Below, in pieces: positions 25,749 through 34,377 of a DNA stretch of 44,780 nt. The DNA is taken from contig CAMUQR010000001.1 in NCBI GenBank assembly GCA_947097085.1, positions 1-44,780 of the forward strand, given 5' to 3'. The position numbers were made by a program, and so were the translations under genes. The stretch comes from an uncultured Candidatus Saccharibacteria bacterium (GTDB lineage: Bacteria > Patescibacteriota > Saccharimonadia > Saccharimonadales > Saccharimonadaceae). The first letter of the stretch is position 1. Every line of letters starts with the position of its first letter. Under the pieces are notes generated by a model. The model was given only the letters and a program-made list of their open reading frames with translations. It was not told where the DNA came from and did not search any database.

Positions 25749-25774
25749 CGAAAAAATCCGACATATAGTCGGAT
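25749..25774 (-). terminator. Terminator of the tRNA-Glu transcription unit
   Basis: Stem ATCCGAC/GTCGGAT (25756-25762/25768-25774) followed on the minus strand by TTTTTTCG. Confidence 0.65.
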
Positions 25775-25781
25775 ATTTTCG

Positions 25782-25799
25782 TGGTGATCCCACCGGGAA
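25782..25799 (-). pseudogene. Exact 18-nt duplicate of the tRNA-Glu 3' end (TTCCCGGTGGGATCACCA) without the rest of the tRNA
   Basis: Identical to 25899-25916. The adjacent 25800-25860 carries an inverted T-loop-like fragment (GGGTTCGATTCG) that does not fold as a tRNA. Confidence 0.6.
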
Positions 25800-25898
25800 G
25801 GTTGCTGGCGCAACGCTAACACCCGAACCCTGGGTTCGATTCGCTGATGCTAAGCATCAAAAAGAAAGCCCCTGGCTTTACAGCCAGAGGCGTTCTTT

Positions 25899-25973
25899 TG
25901 GTGATCCCACCGGGAATCGAACCCAGATTTACAGGATGAGAACCTGCTGTCCTAACCGTTAGACGATGGGACC
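25899..25973 (-). tRNA. tRNA-Glu (anticodon CUC), CCA encoded
   Basis: 75 nt folded by hand: acceptor GGTCCCA/TGGGATC, anticodon arm GCAGG-TTCTCAT-CCTGT, T arm CTGGG-TTCGATT-CCCGG. The D arm is like E. coli tRNA-Glu. Confidence 0.9.
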
Positions 25974-25989
25974 AGATCGGACGGTTATT

Positions 25990-26018
25990 ATTTTAATATA
26001 GTTGAGCGCTTTTTGCAA
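25990..26018 (-). promoter_or_regulatory. tRNA-Glu promoter: TTGCAA, 17-nt spacer, TAAAAT (minus strand)
   Basis: -35 at 26013-26018 and -10 at 25990-25995, about 16 nt upstream of the mature 5' end. Confidence 0.5.
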
Positions 26019-26026
26019 GCTATAGT

Positions 26027-27193
26027 TTAATTCCAGCTGACTTGACCTGAAGCATTTGGGATAGCTGTGATCCAAACTTGACCGGTGTTGATGGCAATTT
26101 CTTGGTTTTTATTGTCATAAAACCGAATCTGTTTATCGCGAGCAGGTTTTTTCCAGGTAGCTTCAATCACTTGTCCGTTTTGGAAAATATAGGCCTTTTC
26201 TTGGCCAATGGTGGTAATTTGTTCGCGATAACCATCTTGGAGGACGCGTTGCATGTTGGTCTTGATGGCGATCACGCTCGTTGGGGCGATTTGACCTTTT
26301 TCGCGGTCGAGATGAGCTCGGCCACCGACTTGACGATGATAAGTATTGGTTTTTGGGTCGTAAGTGTAGCGAACGTTATAGAGTGGTCCGCTAATTTTTA
26401 AATCGATATTTTTGACGTTAATTTCTGATTCTTTAGGCGGTTTGGCGATTTGACGAGCGAAGCCTTCAACGGTTGAACTAGTGTAGCCTTTGGCTTTGTT
26501 AAGAGCGTCGAGTTTGGTAAATGTCGTATAAACATTGTGTGGCGCGTAGCGGTCAGTAGCGCGCCAGTAATATTGGCCATTGAAAAACTGATCAATATCG
26601 CGATAACTGCCGTTGCGAATCATCCTGAGGGCTTCAGCGCTACCGCCAACATGGGCGACGCTCGGTTGAAATGGCGTCAGCCAATCAACATAATATTCAC
26701 GCAAACTGCGCACTGGTCCAATTAACTGAGGTTTGTTGATTTGATACAAACATAAAAAGCGCGTAATTCCACCTTCAGCGATGGCTTCGAAGACGATTTC
26801 GGCATCTTTAATACCAGATTGGGGCCGAGCCGACGGGCTATTTTCAATCATAATTGCGGTGACCGCTTGATTAGTGGCGGTTTGATCTGGAACTTCAATA
26901 TGAGACAGCGACGAGTAAAATTTTTGTGGTTTTGGTTTAGATTTGATTTGGACAACTGGCGCCGGCTCAGGAAATTTAATCTGAACTGTTAAAGCATATA
27001 CTAAGCCAGCGGTCATCAGACAACTGACGGCGATAATTACCCCACCCACCCAGTGCTTTTTTAGAAAAGATGGTTTGGTGGGGGTTTTTGATTTGGTAGT
27101 AGTTGGTTGACGCAAGTGATTAACGCTAAAACGCTGGGCGTTAGCGCGTGATTGTTGCTCGTAATGGTTGGTGTTTGTGTTGTCGTTCATCAT
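26027..27193 (-). CDS. DUF3048 (YerB-like) membrane-anchored protein
   Basis: 388-aa ORF with an N-terminal TM helix. 'AIMIENSPSARPQSGIKDAEIVFEAIAEGGITRFLCLY' is typical of DUF3048. The start lies 6 nt downstream of gltX. Confidence 0.7.
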   Translation of the reverse strand: MMNDNTNTNHYEQQSRANAQRFSVNHLRQPTTTKSKTPTKPSFLKKHWVGGVIIAVSCLMTAGLVYALTVQIKFPEPAPVVQIKSKPKPQKFYSSLSHIEVPDQTATNQAVTAIMIENSPSARPQSGIKDAEIVFEAIAEGGITRFLCLYQINKPQLIGPVRSLREYYVDWLTPFQPSVAHVGGSAEALRMIRNGSYRDIDQFFNGQYYWRATDRYAPHNVYTTFTKLDALNKAKGYTSSTVEGFARQIAKPPKESEINVKNIDLKISGPLYNVRYTYDPKTNTYHRQVGGRAHLDREKGQIAPTSVIAIKTNMQRVLQDGYREQITTIGQEKAYIFQNGQVIEATWKKPARDKQIRFYDNKNQEIAINTGQVWITAIPNASGQVSWN

Positions 27194-27199
27194 GTTGTT

Positions 27200-28630
27200 T
27201 TATGGGTTTATAGCTTTATTGAGACGATTGATGACGGTATCGCGACCGAGAATTGCCATCATTTGATTAAGATTTGGACTAAATGGCGCCCAAGTTAGCG
27301 CGAAACGAATGATGCTGAAAGTGACATTTGGTTTGTGACCAGATTCAGCTAGAATTTGGTTTAAGGTGTCTTGAACGCTCACTTCATCGAATTGGCTGTC
27401 GGTTAGATGTTGAACGGCTAATTGTAAAATCGCTTTTTGCTCGTCACGTGAGAGCTTTTTGAGTTGTTTGTCAGCGTCAACGAGCGACCAGTCGATGGTT
27501 GGCTCAGTGAAGAAGTATTCGGTTAAGTGTGGCAAATCGGCTAGAGTTTTGAGACGTTCTTGAACAAGGGCTAGGACGCGACGCTTAAGTTCTGGATCGG
27601 CGTTACGACCAGCTTCGCCCCAGAAATCAGTGACGCGGGTCATTAAATCATCGAGCTCGAGGCGCTTAATCCATTGAGCGTTCATCCAAAGTAAGCGTTT
27701 TTCATCGAAACGCGCACCTGATTTTTGGACGCGTTCGAGGCTGAATTTAGCTACTAGTTCATCCAGTGAAAATAATTCTTGAGTGGTACCATCGTTCCAA
27801 CCAAGGCTAGCTAGGAAGTTGAGCAGAGCCTCGGGCAGAATTCCCTCTTGGCGGTATTCAGTGACACTTTTGGCGCCGTCGCGTTTACCGAGCTTCTTAT
27901 TGCCGGTTGGTGCCATAATGTGTGGCAGACAAGCTAGCACTGGTGGCTCAAGTTCGAGAGCTTCGTAGAGGGCTAGGTATTTTGGTGTTGACGAAATATA
28001 TTCAGCACCACGCATTACGTGAGTGATGTGCATTTCAGCATCATCAACAATGTGAGCGAAGTTGTAAGTTGGTAAACCATCAGCCTTGATTAACACAAAG
28101 TCGTCCAGCGAATCCTCCCCAGCTGACAACTCACCCATCACTGGGTCGTGCCAGGTATAGCGTTTAAGTTCTGGGATTTTAAAACGCAAAGCGGTTTTAC
28201 CGTCCCATGGCATGAATTCGGCTGGACGGTGTTGGCGATACAAGAATGGTCGCTTCATGGCTTTAGCTTCGGCGCGGAACTCTTCAACTTGTTCTGGTGT
28301 GTATGGATCGGGATAAGCTAGTCCTTTGTCGATGAGCTTTTGCGCCCATTTGTGATAAATCTCTTTGCGCTGGGTTTGAAAATAAGGCGCACTTGGACCG
28401 CCGACGACTGGACCTTCATCCCACGACAGACCTAACCAAGTTAAGGTGTCAAGAATCGCCTCGGTCGCTCCTTCAACAAAACGAGCCTGGTCGGTGTCTT
28501 CGATACGCACGATAAAAGTACCATTGGTTTGGCGGGCTAGAAGCCACGGATAAAGCGCCGATCGGACGTTACCGATGTGGATATAGCCAGTTGGGCTAGG
28601 CGCAAAACGAGTAATCACTGGTTTAGTCAT
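27200..28630 (-). CDS. gltX: Glutamate--tRNA ligase
   Basis: 476-aa ORF with HIGH motif 'PSPTGYIHIGN' and KMSKS-type 'KKLGKRDG'. Confidence 0.95.
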   Translation of the reverse strand: MTKPVITRFAPSPTGYIHIGNVRSALYPWLLARQTNGTFIVRIEDTDQARFVEGATEAILDTLTWLGLSWDEGPVVGGPSAPYFQTQRKEIYHKWAQKLIDKGLAYPDPYTPEQVEEFRAEAKAMKRPFLYRQHRPAEFMPWDGKTALRFKIPELKRYTWHDPVMGELSAGEDSLDDFVLIKADGLPTYNFAHIVDDAEMHITHVMRGAEYISSTPKYLALYEALELEPPVLACLPHIMAPTGNKKLGKRDGAKSVTEYRQEGILPEALLNFLASLGWNDGTTQELFSLDELVAKFSLERVQKSGARFDEKRLLWMNAQWIKRLELDDLMTRVTDFWGEAGRNADPELKRRVLALVQERLKTLADLPHLTEYFFTEPTIDWSLVDADKQLKKLSRDEQKAILQLAVQHLTDSQFDEVSVQDTLNQILAESGHKPNVTFSIIRFALTWAPFSPNLNQMMAILGRDTVINRLNKAINP

Positions 28631-28636
28631 GGCTTC

Positions 28637-28665
28637 ATTATAGTACTAAATTTAAATTGATTCAA
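28637..28665 (-). promoter_or_regulatory. gltX promoter: TTGAAT, 17-nt spacer, TATAAT (minus strand)
   Basis: -10 at 28637-28642 and -35 at 28660-28665, read as reverse complement. The -10 ends only 6 nt upstream of the gltX ATG, so the mRNA may have a very short leader or none. Confidence 0.55.
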
Positions 28666-28716
28666 GAAGTTGCTTGGCAGTCAGTTGTCAAGGTGTGGTG
28701 AGTCGGGCGCTAAAGA

Positions 28717-29856
28717 CTATAAACTGGTGGCGATTTTGTGGATTTGGTCGATTGATAAACTATCATCAAAAGTCAGATTATATAGAATACCACCGTTGAC
28801 CCAAGTTGCCTGATTGCCATAAGTGTAAATCGTTAGGCCTTTGGTTTGGTCAGTGTGATAAACTTCACCAGCGCGTTTTTTAACGATATTCTCGAGAGTA
28901 GTTTTGGAATCCCAAGTGCTAGCTTGTTGAGTCAGCTTGAAAGCTTTATTGTGGTTTTGGTATTCCATCACGACTTGATTGTTTTCAAAAGAGGCTAGTT
29001 TTTTGATGGAATAACCGGCTGGTTTATATTCTGGATAGGAAGCGTTGATGCCAGCTTGTGAAGCGGCGATGCGCATTGAGATGTTCGGCATATTGAGATA
29101 AGTTAAATAACCACCCAAAATCACCATCGCTAAACTACCAGCAAAAATCGAAGCATGACGCTTAAAAAAGGAAGTTTTTGGCTGGTAAGCTGGTCGTTGG
29201 TTGTGGTCGTTGGCGATAGCTGAGGCAAGAGTTTGTTGTTTGAGCTGAGTATTAAGCGCTTGGGCTTCGGATGGTGAAATCTGCGGAACTGCTACCTGCT
29301 GACCAGCGAAAGCTCGCTCGGTTTGTTTCAGTGCGCGTAACTCTTGTTTACGACGCTGGCTGGCGATTTGGTGCATGCGGTAGCGGGTGAAAAAATCAGT
29401 TTGGCGCGCTTCGGTGATGATTTGTTTGAATTGGCGATTGGCTTCAGCTGAAACAATTGCCTGTGGATTGGTAGTTTCGGATAAAACCACTGGTTGTTTA
29501 GAGTTAAGTGCTTTGGCTTCTTCAACGGTCATGAAGTGACGAATTTGGCGTGATTTAAAGCTGGAAGTGCGTAAGGCTTGTTCTTGGGCGCGAGTTTTGT
29601 CGGCGAAAGTTGGTCGAGTGGCGCGCTTTTTAATGAGTTGTGGGGCGGGTTTGGCGGTGACGGTCGGTGCTTTTACGAATTCACGATTAAGCGTCGTGGA
29701 GCGTTTTAGGTGACTACGCTGGGTTTTGGCGCTCGGTGCGGTGGCTGATGCTTTACGCATTGGGACGATATCAAGTTGTGGTTTTGACAACTTTAATAAT
29801 GCGCCTGACTCTGCATCGTAAACTTTTCCCCCGATTTTGACCGTTTTTTTCGGCAT
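28717..29856 (-). CDS. Single-pass membrane protein of unknown function (basic cytoplasmic N-terminal half, beta-rich extracytoplasmic C-terminal domain)
   Basis: 379-aa ORF with a TM helix (IFAGSLAMVILGGYLTYL) near residue 240. The C-terminal ~120 aa loosely resemble anti-sigma/DUF4367-type domains, which is a weak impression only. Confidence 0.45.
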   Translation of the reverse strand: MPKKTVKIGGKVYDAESGALLKLSKPQLDIVPMRKASATAPSAKTQRSHLKRSTTLNREFVKAPTVTAKPAPQLIKKRATRPTFADKTRAQEQALRTSSFKSRQIRHFMTVEEAKALNSKQPVVLSETTNPQAIVSAEANRQFKQIITEARQTDFFTRYRMHQIASQRRKQELRALKQTERAFAGQQVAVPQISPSEAQALNTQLKQQTLASAIANDHNQRPAYQPKTSFFKRHASIFAGSLAMVILGGYLTYLNMPNISMRIAASQAGINASYPEYKPAGYSIKKLASFENNQVVMEYQNHNKAFKLTQQASTWDSKTTLENIVKKRAGEVYHTDQTKGLTIYTYGNQATWVNGGILYNLTFDDSLSIDQIHKIATSL

Positions 29857-29933
29857 TTAATTATATTACCCCTTGTTTTTAATACTATATATATTGTAAA
29901 ATAAGCTTTAGAAAAAAACAAGACATAAGCGCT

Positions 29934-31499
29934 ATGAATTATCAAGAAAACAAAAACAACCATCATATGCTTGTGGTTTATATCATTCTCGGCGTCGTGT
30001 TTATTGCGACGGTGATTTTTGCGATTCTCATGATTCGCGGGTATCGCTGGAATGTAAAAGACCGTAATATTGAGGCTTATGGTGTGTTGCAAGTTAAGAC
30101 TTTCCCGTCGGGAGCAAATATTAAAGTTGACAATCGTGAGCTGGGCTTTTTGGATGGCAAGCGATTGGATTTATCAGAAGGACAGCATACGGTGACGGTG
30201 AGTCGTGATGGTTATCAGACCTGGCAGGATCAGATTATGATTCGGGGTGGTAAGGTAAAATGGCTAAATGTCCGGCTATTTCCAGAGAAGCTAGAACAGA
30301 GCGTGGTCAAAAACTACCCTGCTCTGTTGGCGTCGTCAGAAGCACCAAATCATCGTTTTATTATTAATCATATCGCTAAAAATCAGTTCGAATTGGTGGA
30401 TTTGACCGGTAAGGAACTAAAATACACGACGATTAATCTAGCTGAGTATTTTGCAGACGCTGGTAAATACGATTTTGAATTTTTAAATTGGAATTTGGTG
30501 CGTGATTCTCTACTCTTCCAGGATAAAAAATCTGCCACTAAGCAGACAATTATGATTAATTACCTCAATAAAGATCCGCGAGCGGTGATGGATTTGACGG
30601 CGCGTTATGGAGCATCGAAGCTGACTTTTGCGAATTATAAAATTACGGGTAGTCAGGGCTCAATTATGTGGATTTTAGAGGCGGATAAGTTTTATCGCCT
30701 GGATTTGACGGCGACCGATAAGCCAGCCGAGCTTATCGCAGAAGGTGTTAAAGCCTTTGCGGCGATTGATGACAATAAGATTGCTTTTTCACAAGTCGAT
30801 CCCAACGATCAACAACATCCGACTAAGGTGATTTTGTATAATTACAAACTAGCCCAGCCGATTTTGTTTGATAAAGTGTTAAATGGTCTTGAGCCGAAGT
30901 TTAATATTGTGCGGTTCAATGATAATGATTATTTTGTGTATAGTGTTGATCGTCAGTTGTCAGTGTTTAAGGCGGACGGCGAGTTTTATAATATGACTTC
31001 TGCTAAGGTAGATGATAAAGTTGATCGCACCAAGGCAAGCTTGCTGATTGATTATTTCCTAGCGAAAAACCCTAAAATTACCAAAATCTATAGTAAATTC
31101 TTCAAAACGGCGGCTGATTTACGGGTGGGCGTCAACCCACGCTTCGTGACGATGTTGGTTGAAAATCACCGCGATGCGCAGGCCAAAACCACGCAAACTT
31201 GGGAGAACTCGGACTTGTTTGTTTATGACATCGAAAATGATGAATCGACTAGTTATGTTTATCATGATCAGGTGGCTCAGCCTGACTTGGTACTGAAATG
31301 GCTCGATAATGTCATGCTTTGGAATCGTCAAGAAAGTGGCATGCGAGTGCGGTATTTTAACGGTCGCAACAGCCGAATCTTGACTGGCATTCACCCGCTC
31401 TATGGCGTGCAATTTGACGGTAGTGAAAGCAATCTTTATTACTTCACTAAAACCGCTGATGGTAAAATTGATTTGATGAAATTAAAGATTGATCTTTAA
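29934..31499 (+). CDS. PEGA-domain membrane-anchored protein
   Basis: 521-aa ORF with an N-terminal TM helix. The PEGA-like segment is 'VLQVKTFPSGANIKVDNRELGF...GQHTVTVSRDGYQTWQDQIMI'. A large beta-rich C-terminal region follows. Confidence 0.65.
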   Translation: MNYQENKNNHHMLVVYIILGVVFIATVIFAILMIRGYRWNVKDRNIEAYGVLQVKTFPSGANIKVDNRELGFLDGKRLDLSEGQHTVTVSRDGYQTWQDQIMIRGGKVKWLNVRLFPEKLEQSVVKNYPALLASSEAPNHRFIINHIAKNQFELVDLTGKELKYTTINLAEYFADAGKYDFEFLNWNLVRDSLLFQDKKSATKQTIMINYLNKDPRAVMDLTARYGASKLTFANYKITGSQGSIMWILEADKFYRLDLTATDKPAELIAEGVKAFAAIDDNKIAFSQVDPNDQQHPTKVILYNYKLAQPILFDKVLNGLEPKFNIVRFNDNDYFVYSVDRQLSVFKADGEFYNMTSAKVDDKVDRTKASLLIDYFLAKNPKITKIYSKFFKTAADLRVGVNPRFVTMLVENHRDAQAKTTQTWENSDLFVYDIENDESTSYVYHDQVAQPDLVLKWLDNVMLWNRQESGMRVRYFNGRNSRILTGIHPLYGVQFDGSESNLYYFTKTADGKIDLMKLKIDL

Positions 31500-31524
31500 T
31501 TAATTAAAACTTAATGAGTTCACA

Positions 31525-31554
31525 CAAAAAACCTCCGCTTGCCGGAGGTTTTTT
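31525..31554. terminator. Bidirectional terminator between the convergent PEGA and mscS genes
   Basis: A6-CCTCCG-cttgc-CGGAGG-T6. Confidence 0.75.
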
Positions 31555-31572
31555 AAATGGTTTAAATAATGG

Positions 31573-32421
31573 TTATTTTTTGGCTTGATGAACCACTACT
31601 TGTTCAAACGGAATAACAATGTGGTTTTGCTCAAAAGCTTTTTTGATACGGCGCAAGAACTCGCCTGAAACTTTCCACTGCTCAGCTGCCTCGACTTGTC
31701 CGAGTGCTTTCACTCGAATAGCAGAGTTCTCGAATGCGGCAACGCGAGTGAATTGGATCGGCTGGATGATTTTTTCACGCCACATCGGATCCATAATCAT
31801 CGCACTACCCACTTCGTTAATCACAGATTCGAGTTTATCAATATCGGTATCATAAGCAACGAGTAATTCAATGTTAGCATTGGCATAATTGAAAGTTCGG
31901 TTGGTGATGATTTCCGAAAAACCATTGCGGATAATGTGTAAATTGCCGTCAATATCACGGAGTTTAGTGACACGGATAGAAATTTCTTCGACTTTACCGC
32001 TGATTTGTTGACCAGCGTAATAGAATTTGACCACATCACCCACTCGGAATTGATTCTCGGCGATAATAAACACGCCAGCGACGATATCACGAATTGCGTT
32101 TTGTGCACCGAAGCTGATAATTACACCGAAAAGTCCAGCTGAGGTAGCAAGGGTTTCGATGCGTACACCAATGACATTTAATCCAATCAAAAAGGCTAAC
32201 ACCCAGATGAGAATCATTGAGAAGGTACTGAAGGCTGAAGCCAGGGTTTTGGCACGTTTCTGGTGTTCTTTGTGGCGTAAACCGCGCCTGTCGAGCATCA
32301 AATCAACCACAAAATTGATTACGGTGCGCACAATGAAGCTGACCACAAAGGCCATCAACAGGACGGTTAGCACTTTAATAAATTTACTATCAGTCAGGAG
32401 TTTTAAAACTTCTTCTAGCAT
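31573..32421 (-). CDS. Small-conductance mechanosensitive channel (MscS family)
   Basis: 282-aa ORF with 3 TM helices followed by the 'IAENQFRVGDVV' beta-domain motif. Confidence 0.85.
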   Translation of the reverse strand: MLEEVLKLLTDSKFIKVLTVLLMAFVVSFIVRTVINFVVDLMLDRRGLRHKEHQKRAKTLASAFSTFSMILIWVLAFLIGLNVIGVRIETLATSAGLFGVIISFGAQNAIRDIVAGVFIIAENQFRVGDVVKFYYAGQQISGKVEEISIRVTKLRDIDGNLHIIRNGFSEIITNRTFNYANANIELLVAYDTDIDKLESVINEVGSAMIMDPMWREKIIQPIQFTRVAAFENSAIRVKALGQVEAAEQWKVSGEFLRRIKKAFEQNHIVIPFEQVVVHQAKK

Positions 32422-32440
32422 GGTTGCCTTTCGTCTCTAA

Positions 32441-33562
32441 TTATTCCCAGCGGAAAATTTTAACAGCGATAATGTAGATTAAAAGAATCCATACGCCAAT
32501 CGCACCGAGCTGTGGCAAAATCTCAATGAGGCCGGCGTTTTCGGTCATCACTAAACGCATGCTGTTAGTGATTGGTGTGAGCGGTAAAAAGCCGGTGACA
32601 GCTTGTAACCAACCCGGGAAGAAGAAGCTTGGGAAGAAAGTACCGGATAAGAACATCATTGGCATTGAAACTAAATTAGAAACTGGCGATGATTGGTTTT
32701 CGTTTTGAGCCCAACCGCCAATCGCCAGACCGATACCGGTCATCAGGACAGCGCCAAGCACAGCAATCAGGCTGAAGAGCAACCAGCTGCCTCGCATATT
32801 GAACTTGAAGGCAACTAAGCCAACAATCATCATGCTGGTCATCGAAACAATCGCAATAGATGTATAGACTAAAGTGTAAGCGATTAATAATTGACCAGCG
32901 GTAAAAGGCGCGGCACGCAACCGACGTAGTTGACCATTTTGTTTTTCGCCTGGTAGCATGTTAGCAAGTCCGAAAACACCCATACTCATCAAACTAAAAG
33001 CCACTAAACCGGTGAAAGTGTAGTCGAAATTAGATAAAGCGGCGTCACCAACAGCTTCTTTAGTGACCTTGAGTGGTGCATCGGGATGTCCCATTCCGCG
33101 GTTGATATAAGCGACAGTCTGTTCAAACATTGCTTGCAGGAAGCTACCGCTTTGATCAGAACCTTTAGAGTAGAGGACTTTTAAGGTGCCGGTGACTTTG
33201 GCTTGTTGACCTTCGCCAGTAACTTTACCGAAGTCAGCTGGTAGCTCAACAATACCGTCGATTTGCGAGCGCTTCATTTGGTTTTTGGCGGTCTCCATGT
33301 CGTGGATATCTTGGATTTTGATAGGACCGTTTTTGTCTTTTTTAGCTTCCTCGACGAATTGTTTAGCAAATTGCGTCTCAGAATGGTTGATTAAAGCAAT
33401 TTTTAGGCTAAAAGTTTTATTGTTAAAAATTGAGCCAAAAATAAACAGAAAAATCAGCGGGAATAAAAAGGTGAAAAATAGCGCAGTTTTATCGCGGAAA
33501 AAGCGCAAAAAACCAGCCTTAGCGAAGCCGAAAATTCCCTTCCAGTAAGATCGTTTTGTCAT
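32441..33562 (-). CDS. ABC-2-type exporter permease
   Basis: 373-aa ORF with an N-terminal TM helix, a large loop and a C-terminal 5-TM bundle. It starts 1 nt after the ATPase stop. Confidence 0.8.
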   Translation of the reverse strand: MTKRSYWKGIFGFAKAGFLRFFRDKTALFFTFLFPLIFLFIFGSIFNNKTFSLKIALINHSETQFAKQFVEEAKKDKNGPIKIQDIHDMETAKNQMKRSQIDGIVELPADFGKVTGEGQQAKVTGTLKVLYSKGSDQSGSFLQAMFEQTVAYINRGMGHPDAPLKVTKEAVGDAALSNFDYTFTGLVAFSLMSMGVFGLANMLPGEKQNGQLRRLRAAPFTAGQLLIAYTLVYTSIAIVSMTSMMIVGLVAFKFNMRGSWLLFSLIAVLGAVLMTGIGLAIGGWAQNENQSSPVSNLVSMPMMFLSGTFFPSFFFPGWLQAVTGFLPLTPITNSMRLVMTENAGLIEILPQLGAIGVWILLIYIIAVKIFRWE

Positions 33563-33563
33563 A

Positions 33564-34322
33564 TTAGTCCCTAATTGCCTTTCCTGTTAAATCAATAAAT
33601 ACATCTTCAAGGTTAGCTTGTTCAACATGCTGTGGTTTTTTGAAGCCACGTTTTAATAATGCTTGAATTAAGTTGGCTGGCGTGTCAATTACCAGAATTT
33701 CTCCATTATCCATAATTGCTAAGCGATCACATAATAACTCAGCCTCGTCCATGTAGTGAGTGGTGAGGACGATGGTGATGCCGTCTTTGCGAATCTGTTG
33801 GATTAAATCCCAGAGATTACGGCGAGCTTGTGGATCGAGACCAGTGGTTGGCTCGTCAAGGAATAAGACAAGTGGCTTATTAACTAGCGCAGCGGCAATG
33901 GCGAAGCGTTGTTTTTGTCCACCTGAGAGTTGTTCGACATAACTTTTAGCTTTGTCGGTGAGCTGAACTTTTTTAAGAAGCTTCATGGCGTCGATTTTTC
34001 CACCATACAGACTGGCGAATAAGTTAAGCTGTTCGACTAGAGTTAATCTATTCGCAAAACTTGTAGATTGAAGCTGAATGCCAATAATATGTTTGATTTT
34101 TGATGGTTCACTGGCAACGTCAATGCCGTTTAACGTGACCTTACCACCGTCAATTGGACGGAGGGCTTCAATCATTTCTAGAGTGGTGCTTTTACCGGCG
34201 CCGTTCGGTCCGAGAATTCCGAAAATCTCCCCTTTTTGGACCGAAAAATTGATCTTTTTAACCACGCGTTTGCGATTATAAGACTTGGTCAAATCGGTCA
34301 CTTCAATAATCATGTCTTTCAT
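33564..34322 (-). CDS. ABC transporter ATP-binding protein
   Basis: Walker A 'GPNGAGKST', signature 'LSGGQKQR' and Walker B 'LVLFLDEPT'. Confidence 0.95.
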   Translation of the reverse strand: MKDMIIEVTDLTKSYNRKRVVKKINFSVQKGEIFGILGPNGAGKSTTLEMIEALRPIDGGKVTLNGIDVASEPSKIKHIIGIQLQSTSFANRLTLVEQLNLFASLYGGKIDAMKLLKKVQLTDKAKSYVEQLSGGQKQRFAIAAALVNKPLVLFLDEPTTGLDPQARRNLWDLIQQIRKDGITIVLTTHYMDEAELLCDRLAIMDNGEILVIDTPANLIQALLKRGFKKPQHVEQANLEDVFIDLTGKAIRD

Positions 34323-34377
34323 AAAGTTTATTATACGCTAAAAATTAACTTTTGGCAGAAAAAAGTGACAATTGAGG

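Noticed and set aside
25735-25962. 75-aa plus-strand ORF from the ORF track
   Set aside because: It lies antisense across tRNA-Glu and the duplicated tRNA fragment and has no RBS. The tRNA fold explains the sequence.
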